12,724 nt of DNA, from the NCBI GenBank assembly GCA_046758365.1, contig JBHIAC010000095.1:1-12724 (forward strand), in the 5' to 3' direction. A program made the translations under genes and the position numbers. Origin of the DNA: a bacterium. Lineage in GTDB: Bacteria > Zhuqueibacterota > Zhuqueibacteria > Oceanimicrobiales > Oceanimicrobiaceae. Each line of letters opens with the position of its first letter. Positions within the stretch are counted from its first letter, which is position 1. Shown piece after piece: positions 1 through 8,540 of this stretch. The notes below the pieces were generated by a model. The model was not told the origin of the DNA and did not search any database. It saw nothing but the letters and a program-made list of their open reading frames with translations.

Positions 1-2
1 AG

Positions 3-29
3 GCATTAGTTATTGCTATCTTATTCTAA
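3..29 (+). CDS. Probable 3' end of an upstream membrane-protein gene (ALVIAILF-stop), cut by the window edge
   Basis: gca tta gtt att gct atc tta ttc taa at 3-29 reads as a hydrophobic C-terminus. Its stop codon abuts the MITE end at 30. Only 9 codons are visible. Confidence 0.3.
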   Translation, partial: ALVIAILF

Positions 30-161
30 CCTAAATTGAGCGATTCTGCCTAAAATTGTTTCATAAACGGATTTAGGCGTAGAGAACGTTGGGTGTTCAC
101 GCTTTAGCGTGGTATTTACGCCTACCACTGCAAGCTAAAGCTTGAACACCGGATCTCCCCC
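30..161 (-). mobile_element. Truncated copy of a MITE-like element, inverted relative to the copy at 11166-11320
   Basis: 30-161 matches the reverse complement of 11191-11320 with 5 transitions plus two 1-nt gaps at the tip. It keeps one terminal repeat (CCTAAATTGAGCGATTCTGCCT) and the REP doublet. The other end (about 25 bp) is missing. Confidence 0.85.
92..150. repeat. REP doublet (REPIN-like) inside MITE copy 1
   Basis: GGTGTTCACGCTTTAGCGTG (92-111) and CAAGCTAAAGCTTGAACACC (131-150) are inverted 20-mers with a 19-nt spacer. Each contains its own 6-bp palindrome. Confidence 0.8.
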
Positions 162-330
162 TAATTCCCACAGCAAATAGGCCGAGTTGACGGAAAATCC
201 AACCGCCAATCACCGCACCAACTAGTCCCACGATAATATCCCCAACTACGCCAAATCCCTTACCCCGCATAACTTTCCCTGCAAGCCAACCTGCAATCAA
301 CCCAACAATCAACCAAATTAAAATGTTCAT
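97..330 (-). pseudogene. GlsB/YeaQ/YmgE (transglycosylase-associated) family stress-response membrane protein, 3'-truncated; C-terminus read from the MITE
   Basis: IWLIVGLIAGWLAGKVM..G.G..GDIIVGLVGAVIGGWIF is the family signature, and there is an AGGAG RBS upstream. The expected third hydrophobic helix is replaced by RGRSGVQALACSGRRKYHAKA, encoded by MITE sequence 161-97. Confidence 0.8.
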
Positions 331-364
331 GTTCCTCTCCTTCTAAATTTTTATTAAAACAGTA

Positions 365-568
365 TTAGTTTTTAGGAGTGAATTTAGCGGCATCAAGAAT
401 TGACCATAAATGAATTATCCACCCCAAGAGGAAAAACCAAAGCACAGCAGCGAAAACGAAGTGAAGGATAGCCATTCCAAGCCTTGCCTGTAACAGTTGA
501 CCTAATCCTGGAATGAATAAACTGGCTAACGCTGCTAAGACATTACCAGCAGATCCTTGACCTGACAT
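365..568 (-). CDS. Small conserved membrane protein with (F/L)IPGLGQ motif, function unknown
   Basis: 67 aa, strong GGAGG RBS just upstream. GNVLAALASLFIPGLGQLLQ followed by hydrophobic segments ending WSILDAA. Lies 34 bp upstream of the GlsB/YeaQ gene, so probably co-transcribed. Confidence 0.85.
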   Translation of the reverse strand: MSGQGSAGNVLAALASLFIPGLGQLLQARLGMAILHFVFAAVLWFFLLGWIIHLWSILDAAKFTPKN

Positions 569-698
569 CTTATCCTCCCTAAACTTACTGAAGCCTTTCG
601 GCTAAAATTGACTTATTGTTTAATACAGGCTTAAATTAAGTTTTGTAATTTTTGTTATATTCAAATTCTGCAAATTTAAGCTAAAAAAATAAAGCTAC

Positions 699-731
699 AC
701 TTTTACTAAACTTTGGAAGTTTAGTAAAGGT
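699..731. repeat. 15-bp stem hairpin downstream of the peptidase gene (terminator or REP-like palindrome)
   Basis: ACTTTTACTAAACTT-TGG-AAGTTTAGTAAAGGT gives 14 Watson-Crick pairs plus one T-G pair and a 3-nt loop. The stem is AT-rich and the minus-strand T tract starts about 6 nt later. Confidence 0.55.
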
Positions 732-771
732 CGGTCATTTCTAAAAACGTTTTTATTGATTTTGTAAGTAG

Positions 772-830
772 GGAGTATTGAAAACTGTAAGTAAGAATAG
801 CATGCACTCATCCATTACTCCAATACTCCA
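772..830. repeat. Short intergenic inverted/tandem repeat (GGAGTATTG ... CCATTACTC-CAATACTCC)
   Basis: GGAGTATTG (772-780) is the exact reverse complement of CAATACTCC (821-829), which is preceded by a variant tandem unit CATTACTC. Confidence 0.5.
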
Positions 831-872
831 TTTCGCCTTTTTCTAATATTCACTTTTTCCCCCGTCGAAATT

Positions 873-3869
873 TTATTTGCGTGCTTCAGGAATAACCGTC
901 AAAGTCACCCGCTTGCCCTCTCTGAGCACGATTACTTCAACGGGTTCACCAATTTTTACTGCTTCCAAGGCATAGGTATAATCGTATATGTTGGTGATTT
1001 TTTGACCAGCAAATTCTATGATGATATCGTCGCCTTTTAATCCACCTTTATCCGCTGGGCCGCCCGCTCTCACACCCGACAATCGAACTCCTTCAATGTC
1101 TTCAGCAACATAGTCCGGAATCGTACCCAAATAGGCGCGCAGTGCTTCTCGATCTCCACTTTGCTCTTTAGTCCTTTCGACTTTCACATATTCTGGTCGT
1201 TCTGGATTTTTAACTAAATCCATAATCAAGGCTTGAGCAAATTTGGTGATACGTTCCATGCCTTCGTAATTGAGGGTTTCAGCATCATCGGTGGGACGGT
1301 TGTAGTCTTCATGGCTTCCGGTAAAAAAACTAAGCACTGGAATTTCTTTAGGATAGAAGGCAGTTATGTCCGTTGGCTGGTATGGATCATCTTGAAGCAC
1401 CAGATTAAATCCAGCAGCCACATTTCGTTTTTCAATCAATTTGGGCCAAAGGGAGGAGGAGCCTAATCCCTGAAGAATGAGTTTGTTTTCCTTAAGCCTT
1501 CCCACCATATCAAAATTGATGTAAGCTGCTACTTTTTTCAGAGAAATCGGAGGATGTTCAACAAAGTGGGATGAACCGATTAGGCCGAGCTCCTCTCCCG
1601 ACCAAAGGGTGAAAACTATTGCTCTACCAAACTCTGTTGGTTTATTCTGTAGGGCATCGGCGATGGAAGCAGCCAGTTCCAACACCGTAGCCGTTCCAGA
1701 AGCGTTGTCATCGGCGCCGTTATGAATCTGCCCTTCTTCGCCTTTGCGGGCCAATGAACCTATCTGCCCGTAACCAATATGATCGTAATGGGCGCCTACA
1801 ATAATATATTCAGTATCAATAGCCTCCACAGAACGCGATAGCAGCCCCACTACGTTTCGGTCCGGTTTTTTAATGCGTTCAACTCCTGTAGAAATTTTTA
1901 CTTTGACCTTGGGTATGAGAAAACCACCCTCTGCGTGGGGGTTTTCTACATCCAGCTCCGATTGCATGGTTTTGAGGTCTTTCCCAGACCCTGCCAATAA
2001 GGCATCAACGACTTTACCACTTATAGAAGCTGCGATGATTCCGGATCCAGAGAGACTGTTATCAAAAGAAAGCGGCACCAACTCACCTGCCTTTGGCGAA
2101 TTGGGTCCGCTGACTACCAATAAAGCTTTGGCTCCGTGTTCCCGTGCTATCATGGCCTTATAGCGCAACCCAGCGTATACATTGAGCTCTTGACGCCGCT
2201 TCATTTCAACCTCTTCCGGTACATAGCGGAGCACAAGCACAATCTTATCTTTTACATCCAGACCCGCATAAGAATCATATCCGACTCCTATTTTCCCTGG
2301 AACAGACAAACCGTAGCCAGCAAATACCACCTCGCCTTCCAATGCGCCATTGGCTGTGAAGGCCAGAGGACGATAATCTTTATCCACCTCAAATTGAATG
2401 GATTCTTTTGAGTTATCACCTTTTAGGACCTCGAGGCGGTTTTGATTTGTAATGAGCTTCATCCCTGAGGTAAATTGAAATTCCTGAAAATAGGTACCGT
2501 TGTTACTTATAGGCTGCAAACCGAAATCCATAAATAGTTCAGCAATGTAATCTGCAGCCAATTTTGCGCCTTCGGTACCAGTCATCCGACCTTCGAGTTC
2601 ATCTGAGGCCAGATAACCAACTTCTGACCTGAGATCCGCGGTTGAAATTTGCGCGCTTAACTGGTTTTTGTCATTCTTTCCATCTTCATTATTGTTTTGT
2701 GTAGGAGTTGTTAAAGATGTTTCCTTTTGGACTACTGGGGTCTGGGTTTTATTTTGCATTGGCGCCGACAGAATGGCTGATAATGCGGCCTCATGATCCC
2801 ATTCTGCAAAAAAGAGCTGGGACTGACCCTGGGCCGTGCGATTTGAAGTCCAGGACAAAATTTTACCATCGTGCGAAAATACAGGTAGTCCGTCGAATCC
2901 ATCTGTGTAAGTTACCCGTACTGGCTCATGCTCGCCCTTGGCATCCACCATGAACAATTCAAAATTTGAAAATCCTAATTTGTTCGAGGCAAAGATTAGG
3001 TATTTTCCTGATGGATGATAAAATGGTGCCCAGGACATAGCACTAAAGTCCGTTAAACGTCGTACGTCCGAGCCATCCAAACGCATGGTGTAAATGTCTG
3101 AGCGCATACCGTTTTCTTCAAAGTGTCGCCATACAATTCTTTTGCCATCAGGTGTGAAAAAAGGCCCACCATCGTAACCCGACCAATGGGTCAATCGCCT
3201 TGATTCAGAGCCATCAGCGTTCATGATATAGATCTCGCCAAAATAGGCCGGGTCCATTTCCAAACGTTTTTGCTCTTCGGATGAGAGTTTTTCAGCGGGG
3301 TAGGCATCACGCAAAGAACAAAATACAATTTTACTGCCATCGGGAGAGTAGGAACCTTCAGCATCATATCCCAGTACCTCGGTCAAGCGCTTTAGATTAG
3401 AGCCGTCTCGTTGGGCTGAGAAAATATCCATGTGTTCGTCGTAATCCCAGGCATAACGGCGTTTTTTCCCAGCAGCCCGAAACTCAATTTCTTCTTTTTG
3501 TTTGGCTTCGGCCTCAGGATCGAGATGCGTTGAAGCAAAGAGCACTTCATTGGTACCTGGCCGAAAATAGGCACAGGTAGTTTTACCAAGCCCCGGAGAG
3601 ACCCGATGACTGTCACCGGTTTCAAAGTCCAGAATATAAATTTGGAAGAAAGGATTGCCTGGTTCCCGTTCACTTTCAAAAATCAAAGCCTTGTCATCTT
3701 CAGAAAAATAACCTTCACCGGCTCGTTTTCCTTCATAAGTTAATTGTCGAATATTATTTAAAAATTGAGTTTCACTTTCCGAATCTCCGCCAAATCCTAA
3801 TAAAGCTGAGGTGTAAAATAAATTTACTAAAAAAGCAGTTGATATGTAAATCCATTTCATTAAATTCAT
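873..3869 (-). CDS. Exported multidomain M28-family aminopeptidase: TolB-like (PD40) beta-propeller + PA domain + M28 catalytic domain + C-terminal PDZ
   Basis: Hydrophobic N-terminal signal and repeated RLT..GYD...FSPDG motifs. PA domain VVFAGYG..DSYAGLDVKDKIVLVLRY. M28 motifs GAHYDH, GADDNASG, SGEELGL, NFDM. PDZ YLGTIPDY..GGPADKGGLKGDDIII. AGGAG RBS. Confidence 0.93.
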   Translation of the reverse strand: MNLMKWIYISTAFLVNLFYTSALLGFGGDSESETQFLNNIRQLTYEGKRAGEGYFSEDDKALIFESEREPGNPFFQIYILDFETGDSHRVSPGLGKTTCAYFRPGTNEVLFASTHLDPEAEAKQKEEIEFRAAGKKRRYAWDYDEHMDIFSAQRDGSNLKRLTEVLGYDAEGSYSPDGSKIVFCSLRDAYPAEKLSSEEQKRLEMDPAYFGEIYIMNADGSESRRLTHWSGYDGGPFFTPDGKRIVWRHFEENGMRSDIYTMRLDGSDVRRLTDFSAMSWAPFYHPSGKYLIFASNKLGFSNFELFMVDAKGEHEPVRVTYTDGFDGLPVFSHDGKILSWTSNRTAQGQSQLFFAEWDHEAALSAILSAPMQNKTQTPVVQKETSLTTPTQNNNEDGKNDKNQLSAQISTADLRSEVGYLASDELEGRMTGTEGAKLAADYIAELFMDFGLQPISNNGTYFQEFQFTSGMKLITNQNRLEVLKGDNSKESIQFEVDKDYRPLAFTANGALEGEVVFAGYGLSVPGKIGVGYDSYAGLDVKDKIVLVLRYVPEEVEMKRRQELNVYAGLRYKAMIAREHGAKALLVVSGPNSPKAGELVPLSFDNSLSGSGIIAASISGKVVDALLAGSGKDLKTMQSELDVENPHAEGGFLIPKVKVKISTGVERIKKPDRNVVGLLSRSVEAIDTEYIIVGAHYDHIGYGQIGSLARKGEEGQIHNGADDNASGTATVLELAASIADALQNKPTEFGRAIVFTLWSGEELGLIGSSHFVEHPPISLKKVAAYINFDMVGRLKENKLILQGLGSSSLWPKLIEKRNVAAGFNLVLQDDPYQPTDITAFYPKEIPVLSFFTGSHEDYNRPTDDAETLNYEGMERITKFAQALIMDLVKNPERPEYVKVERTKEQSGDREALRAYLGTIPDYVAEDIEGVRLSGVRAGGPADKGGLKGDDIIIEFAGQKITNIYDYTYALEAVKIGEPVEVIVLREGKRVTLTVIPEARK

Positions 3870-4047
3870 TTGAACCTTCTCCTTATTTTAAATTATTTAA
3901 ATTCATAAGTCAAAATTTAAATTATATTAACAAAATCTAAATTTATAATCAAGAATTTTCAATATGGTTATAAAGCAACGAGAAATTCATTTTGGCAGAT
4001 GATTGAAAGAATTTTAAACCGCAATTAATAAATAGTATGTTTAACAT

Positions 4048-5850
4048 TTATTCCTGAGGTAGGTAGATGATAAAGGTTGTACCAGAGCCTACTTTGCTTT
4101 TCACGACGATTTTACCTTGGTGCTCTTCAATAATTTGTTGAACAATGGCTAATCCCAAACCCGAGCCATCTTTATTACTTGAATAATAAAAATCAAAAAT
4201 TTTATTCAAGTCCTCTTTTTTAATTCCATGACCTGTATCGATAAATGATATTTTTACTGCTTTTTCTTTGCCCTTTTGCTTAGACTTTAAGATACTATCA
4301 CATTCTCTTAACCCTATTTTTAATTTTCCTCCACCTGGCATGGCTTGTACAGCATTGATAATAAGATTTAAAAAAACCTGTCTTATTTTCGCCAAGTCAA
4401 CATTAGCATAAATAGATTTTTCATCATATTCTCGTTCAATTCGAATACCTTCCTTTAACGCCTTGGCGACGTGCATCATCACAACCTCATCCAGGACTTC
4501 ATTGAGTGCAACGTTAGTTCTCTTTAATTTAGGAGGACGAGCAATTAGCAGAAAATCTGTAACCAATTGGTCTACCCGTTTAATTTCCGTAGCCAGGATT
4601 TCGTAGAATCTATCTACCTTATTTTTATCCACAATATCTTTTGATAATTCTCGCTTTAAGATTTGCATATTAATGACCATTGAGTTCAGAGGATTTCTGA
4701 TTTCGTGGGAAAGAACCGAGGCCAATTTACCCAAAGTTTCAAATCGTTCCGTTCGCTTTAGAGTATTTTGGAATTCAACTAATCGGTCGGCCATTTCATT
4801 GAAATTCTCGGATAAAGTACCGATTTCATCACTCCCCACCTTTTCAATCCGATAATTGAAATCTCCAGTAGAAAAGTGTGCCATGCCTGAAACAAGGTGG
4901 TCAACGGGTTTTACGATCCATTTTGTGTAAAAGTAAGCTAACAGGGAAGCCAGAAGTACACTTCCAACGATAGATTGGAATACTCGTACACGCATTCTCC
5001 AGGCGGGTTCGAATGCCTCGTAGGTTGGCTGTTGAATCATAAATCCCCATCCAAAATTTCCAATGGGGGCAAAAGCAGCTACCATTTCTACATTTTGATC
5101 TGTTTTATAAATGGTTTCGCCATGTTCTCCACGTTTAATTTTATCTATAATTTCCTGGTAATGAAATAAATTTTTAGAATAGATATTTTTCCGATAAGAG
5201 TGTGCAATGTAAACTCCATCTTTATTAAAAATGAAAGCCTCGCCATTTTCACCCACAACATTTTCATCTACAATATCCCACATAGCTTTTAAATCTACCA
5301 CAGCATAAAGAATTCCAACAATATCGTTATGCCATCTTATGGGTTCGCCAATATCTAACATAGGTAAATGCTCTTCTGAAACATAAACATCCGACTGATA
5401 ACTTTGTCCGTTTAGAATAGTCGATTGAATAGTCGAACTCATGCTGTTGTTGCTAAATATTCCCGAAACCTCCTCTTCAAACGAGGTTGTAGTAATTAAA
5501 TTGCCTAACGTATCCAAAATGGACAACTTATTAAATAGGTCAAATTCACTTACAATGGTATTAATAGCTAATTCTTGTGTGCTTTTGTTCATTTCATAGA
5601 TAGATTGATTTTTTGCCTGATTTTTGATAATATCCCAGGCGGTATCGAGTTTTAATTTTATTAATCGAGTTGAACGGCGGGCAAATTCTAAATTTCTTTC
5701 CAATATGGACTTCTCAATTGAATCTTGGGCGGTGTCTACCAGGACCATCCCTGTTAAAAATAGCGGAAGCGCTACTATAAATATGTGTGATAAGAGAAGG
5801 CGGGTCAATAAACGGTGTCTAAACTTGATATTTTTTCGACTTCTTACCAT
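4048..5850 (-). CDS. Membrane sensor histidine kinase (TM - dCache-like sensor - TM - HAMP - HisKA - HATPase), NtrB/AtoS-like
   Basis: H-box LSHEIRNPLN, N-box NLIINAVQA, G1 DTGHGI, G2 GSGLGL. HAMP DEIGTLSENFNEMA. Cache-type GENGEAFIFNKDGVYIAH between two hydrophobic helices. Confidence 0.95.
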   Translation of the reverse strand: MVRSRKNIKFRHRLLTRLLLSHIFIVALPLFLTGMVLVDTAQDSIEKSILERNLEFARRSTRLIKLKLDTAWDIIKNQAKNQSIYEMNKSTQELAINTIVSEFDLFNKLSILDTLGNLITTTSFEEEVSGIFSNNSMSSTIQSTILNGQSYQSDVYVSEEHLPMLDIGEPIRWHNDIVGILYAVVDLKAMWDIVDENVVGENGEAFIFNKDGVYIAHSYRKNIYSKNLFHYQEIIDKIKRGEHGETIYKTDQNVEMVAAFAPIGNFGWGFMIQQPTYEAFEPAWRMRVRVFQSIVGSVLLASLLAYFYTKWIVKPVDHLVSGMAHFSTGDFNYRIEKVGSDEIGTLSENFNEMADRLVEFQNTLKRTERFETLGKLASVLSHEIRNPLNSMVINMQILKRELSKDIVDKNKVDRFYEILATEIKRVDQLVTDFLLIARPPKLKRTNVALNEVLDEVVMMHVAKALKEGIRIEREYDEKSIYANVDLAKIRQVFLNLIINAVQAMPGGGKLKIGLRECDSILKSKQKGKEKAVKISFIDTGHGIKKEDLNKIFDFYYSSNKDGSGLGLAIVQQIIEEHQGKIVVKSKVGSGTTFIIYLPQE

Positions 5851-5852
5851 GA

Positions 5853-7088
5853 TTATTTTACAAGCTTAGTTTTTATTATCCATTCCTCATAAGGACGTAT
5901 ATTTCCTCTTTTATCACGATAGTTATCGAACTTATTTATATTTATCATATAATGAGTATTCCATTTGAAATATAGGAAATTCACAGGCTGATCATTGTTA
6001 ATCACGACTTGCATACTTTTTAATAGATTTTTTCTTATTTTCGTATTCATGGTCTCTTTATAATCTTTTACATAATTTTCAAAAGTTCGGTTTCGATAAC
6101 CCATATAATTCATAGATCCATGGGAAGAAAAAAAGTTTTCCATTTTTTGAAAATTATTTTCAAATGTATAATCCATTAAAACTGCATCAAATTCCTTGGA
6201 ATCAAGATGTTTGTTAAGTTCACTTTTAGTTAAAGGTTTTGGATTGATATCAACGCCAATTTTAAGTAGATTGATTTTTATTAATCGAGATATTGCTTCA
6301 TCTAAAATAACCCCTTTTTGATAATAAAGGTTAAATCGCAAAGGCTTTCCAGAAATGTCTCTAATTCCATCACCATCTGAATCTACTACACCGGCTTCAA
6401 AGAGAAGCTGTATGGCTTTTTTAGGGTGGTAATAATAGGAATACAGACCAGATTTAAATAAAGGTGAATCTGAGTCAAATGGTCCTTTAGCTGCATTGGC
6501 TTTTCCCCCAATTAGACGTTTAATTATTTGAGCACGATCAATGGCATAAGATAAAGCTAAACGCACTTTTCGTATTTTAAGAAAATCTTTTCGGTTATTA
6601 TAACAAATCATCTTCACTGTATTAGGTGCCATCTGTCTTGGTAGAGGTAAAAAATGAGCGTTCGATTTTTTAACTTCTAATGCAGAAGCTTCGTTCTCTA
6701 AGATTGCGAAATCCACTTCATCCAAAATAAGAGCCGAAATCAAAGCCCGCTCTGTTTCATAAAATTTATAAACAATCTGGATAGGATTATTAAATTTAAA
6801 TCCATCAGTGAGATGATATTGCAATACCAGTTGTTTTGGAGTGCTTTTTATAAGCTCAAATGGCTTTTGATTACCATTGTCAAAAATAGATACATGACCT
6901 TGTTTTGTAAGAATTTTCGTATCACGAATATCGGTTCTACCCACGAGGTCCCCTATGATTAGCTGTCTATTATTTCTATGATTGTGTTCTTGAGCTAAAA
7001 TGCTTTTCGAATAGAAAAAGTAGAGCAAAAACGCAAGAAAAAATAATCTTAGTATAGCTGTTAAATCTTTTGGAGAATTAATAAACAT
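5853..7088 (-). CDS. Family-5 (OppA/DppA/NikA-like) extracellular solute-binding protein, N-terminally shortened
   Basis: KVRLALSYAIDRAQII, YYYHPKKAIQLLFEAG, DSDGDGIRDISGKPLRF and LLKIGVDI match the C-terminal part of SBP_bac_5. There is an N-terminal signal or anchor (..ILAQE). Only 411 aa. Confidence 0.8.
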   Translation of the reverse strand: MFINSPKDLTAILRLFFLAFLLYFFYSKSILAQEHNHRNNRQLIIGDLVGRTDIRDTKILTKQGHVSIFDNGNQKPFELIKSTPKQLVLQYHLTDGFKFNNPIQIVYKFYETERALISALILDEVDFAILENEASALEVKKSNAHFLPLPRQMAPNTVKMICYNNRKDFLKIRKVRLALSYAIDRAQIIKRLIGGKANAAKGPFDSDSPLFKSGLYSYYYHPKKAIQLLFEAGVVDSDGDGIRDISGKPLRFNLYYQKGVILDEAISRLIKINLLKIGVDINPKPLTKSELNKHLDSKEFDAVLMDYTFENNFQKMENFFSSHGSMNYMGYRNRTFENYVKDYKETMNTKIRKNLLKSMQVVINNDQPVNFLYFKWNTHYMININKFDNYRDKRGNIRPYEEWIIKTKLVK

Positions 7089-7097
7089 GATGGGAGA

Positions 7098-8540
7098 CTA
7101 TTTTGTCCAAAAATCACGATTAAAAATCACAAGTACCGTATATATTTCCAAACGACCGATCAACATAAGTAAGCTGAGGATCCATTTACCGAGGCTGGAA
7201 ATGTGGGCGTAATTTTCAGTTGGGCCAATGGTTCCAACGCCAGGTCCGATATTCCCCAAAGTGGAGATGACCGAACTCACAGAGGTAATAAGGTCTAAAC
7301 CTAAAAGACTCATAACTAAGGAAGCAAGAATAAAAATAATCACATAAAGCAGCAAAAAGCCTAAAATATCGGTTATGGCTTCTTGGGGGATTGTCCTATT
7401 TCCCAAACGTATTGGAATTACAGCATGGGGATGTATGAGCCGTTTTAATTGCATAAATCCATATTTTATAGTCAATAAAATTCGTATAACCTTTATGGCT
7501 CCACCGGTTGAACCAGCACAGCCGCCGATAAACATTAAAACAAGTAAAATGAGTTGTGACGAAACAGACCAGCTTTCATAATCAGCAGTATGAAAGCCTG
7601 TGGTTGTCAACAAGGAAGTCACCTGAAAAATAGATTTCCGAATCGATTCAGAAGAACTGGAATACAGGTTGAGTCGTAGATCAAAAAAAATAATAGACGT
7701 TACGATTAAAATGATCCCTAAATAAAACCGATATTCGCTGTTATTAACATAACTTTTCACTTGTCCTGTAAGAGCTCTATAATGAAGTGCAAAATTGGTT
7801 CCAGCCAAGATCATAAAAAAAGTGATGACGTATTCAATATAGGCGCTATTGAAATAGGCGATGCCATCATTTTTGGTTGAGAATCCACCTGTTGCCATAG
7901 TTCCAAAAGTTTGACATAGAGCATCAAATAGGCTCATACCGCCAAATTTTAAAAGAACAGCTTCTAATAATGTAAATAAAGCATATACTCCCCACAGAAT
8001 TTTTGCTGTATCTTGTATTCGGGGTTGCAGTTTATCCACCTCTGGCCCCGGAGCTTCTGCTTTGAATAACTGCATGCCACCGACTCCCAATATGGGTAAA
8101 ATTGCCAAGGACAAAACTATGATTCCCATACCGCCGAGCCAGTGGGTCAAGCTACGCCAAAAAAGAACCCCATGAGGGAGTACTTCAATGTCTGTTAAGA
8201 TCGTGGCACCAGTGGTTGTAAAACCAGACATGGTTTCAAAGAACGCTTCCGTAAAAGAAATCTCAACATTCGAGAGCAAAAACGGTAATGTTCCAAAGCC
8301 TGCTAAAAAGATCCAACTAAAAGTAACTACAGCAAAACCTTCACGCATTCTGAGTTCTCTATTAGCAGGAGTTAATTTCCATAACAGAAATCCTATGGTA
8401 ATAATAATCAGTAATGAAAATAGCAATGCAAAAAAATCACCATCCTTGTAATACAGAGAAAATACAATGGGTAACAAAAGCGAGAAGCCTAAAAATACCA
8501 GCAATACTCCAAGAATGTGAAGGACAGCCTTGATATCCAT
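7098..8540 (-). CDS. trkH: Trk system potassium uptake membrane protein TrkH
   Basis: Four pore-loop motifs (SGFTTTGA, TMATGGFS, LTTTGF, LGNIGPG) plus WLGGMGII, GGCAGSTGGAIK and GRLEIY. The start overlaps the trkA stop (TAATG). Confidence 0.97.
   Translation of the reverse strand: MDIKAVLHILGVLLVFLGFSLLLPIVFSLYYKDGDFFALLFSLLIIITIGFLLWKLTPANRELRMREGFAVVTFSWIFLAGFGTLPFLLSNVEISFTEAFFETMSGFTTTGATILTDIEVLPHGVLFWRSLTHWLGGMGIIVLSLAILPILGVGGMQLFKAEAPGPEVDKLQPRIQDTAKILWGVYALFTLLEAVLLKFGGMSLFDALCQTFGTMATGGFSTKNDGIAYFNSAYIEYVITFFMILAGTNFALHYRALTGQVKSYVNNSEYRFYLGIILIVTSIIFFDLRLNLYSSSSESIRKSIFQVTSLLTTTGFHTADYESWSVSSQLILLVLMFIGGCAGSTGGAIKVIRILLTIKYGFMQLKRLIHPHAVIPIRLGNRTIPQEAITDILGFLLLYVIIFILASLVMSLLGLDLITSVSSVISTLGNIGPGVGTIGPTENYAHISSLGKWILSLLMLIGRLEIYTVLVIFNRDFWTK

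Noticed and set aside
1233..3679. ORFs 1233-1466, 1873-2163, 2136-2411, 2708-2953 (+) and 3392-3679 (-)
   Set aside because: They lie wholly inside the well-supported peptidase gene, are antisense or out of frame, and show no recognisable motifs.
3992..4008. TTGGCAGATGATTGAA as a sigma54 promoter near an NtrB-like kinase
   Set aside because: It lacks the GC at the -12 position with correct spacing and points antisense to the flanking genes.
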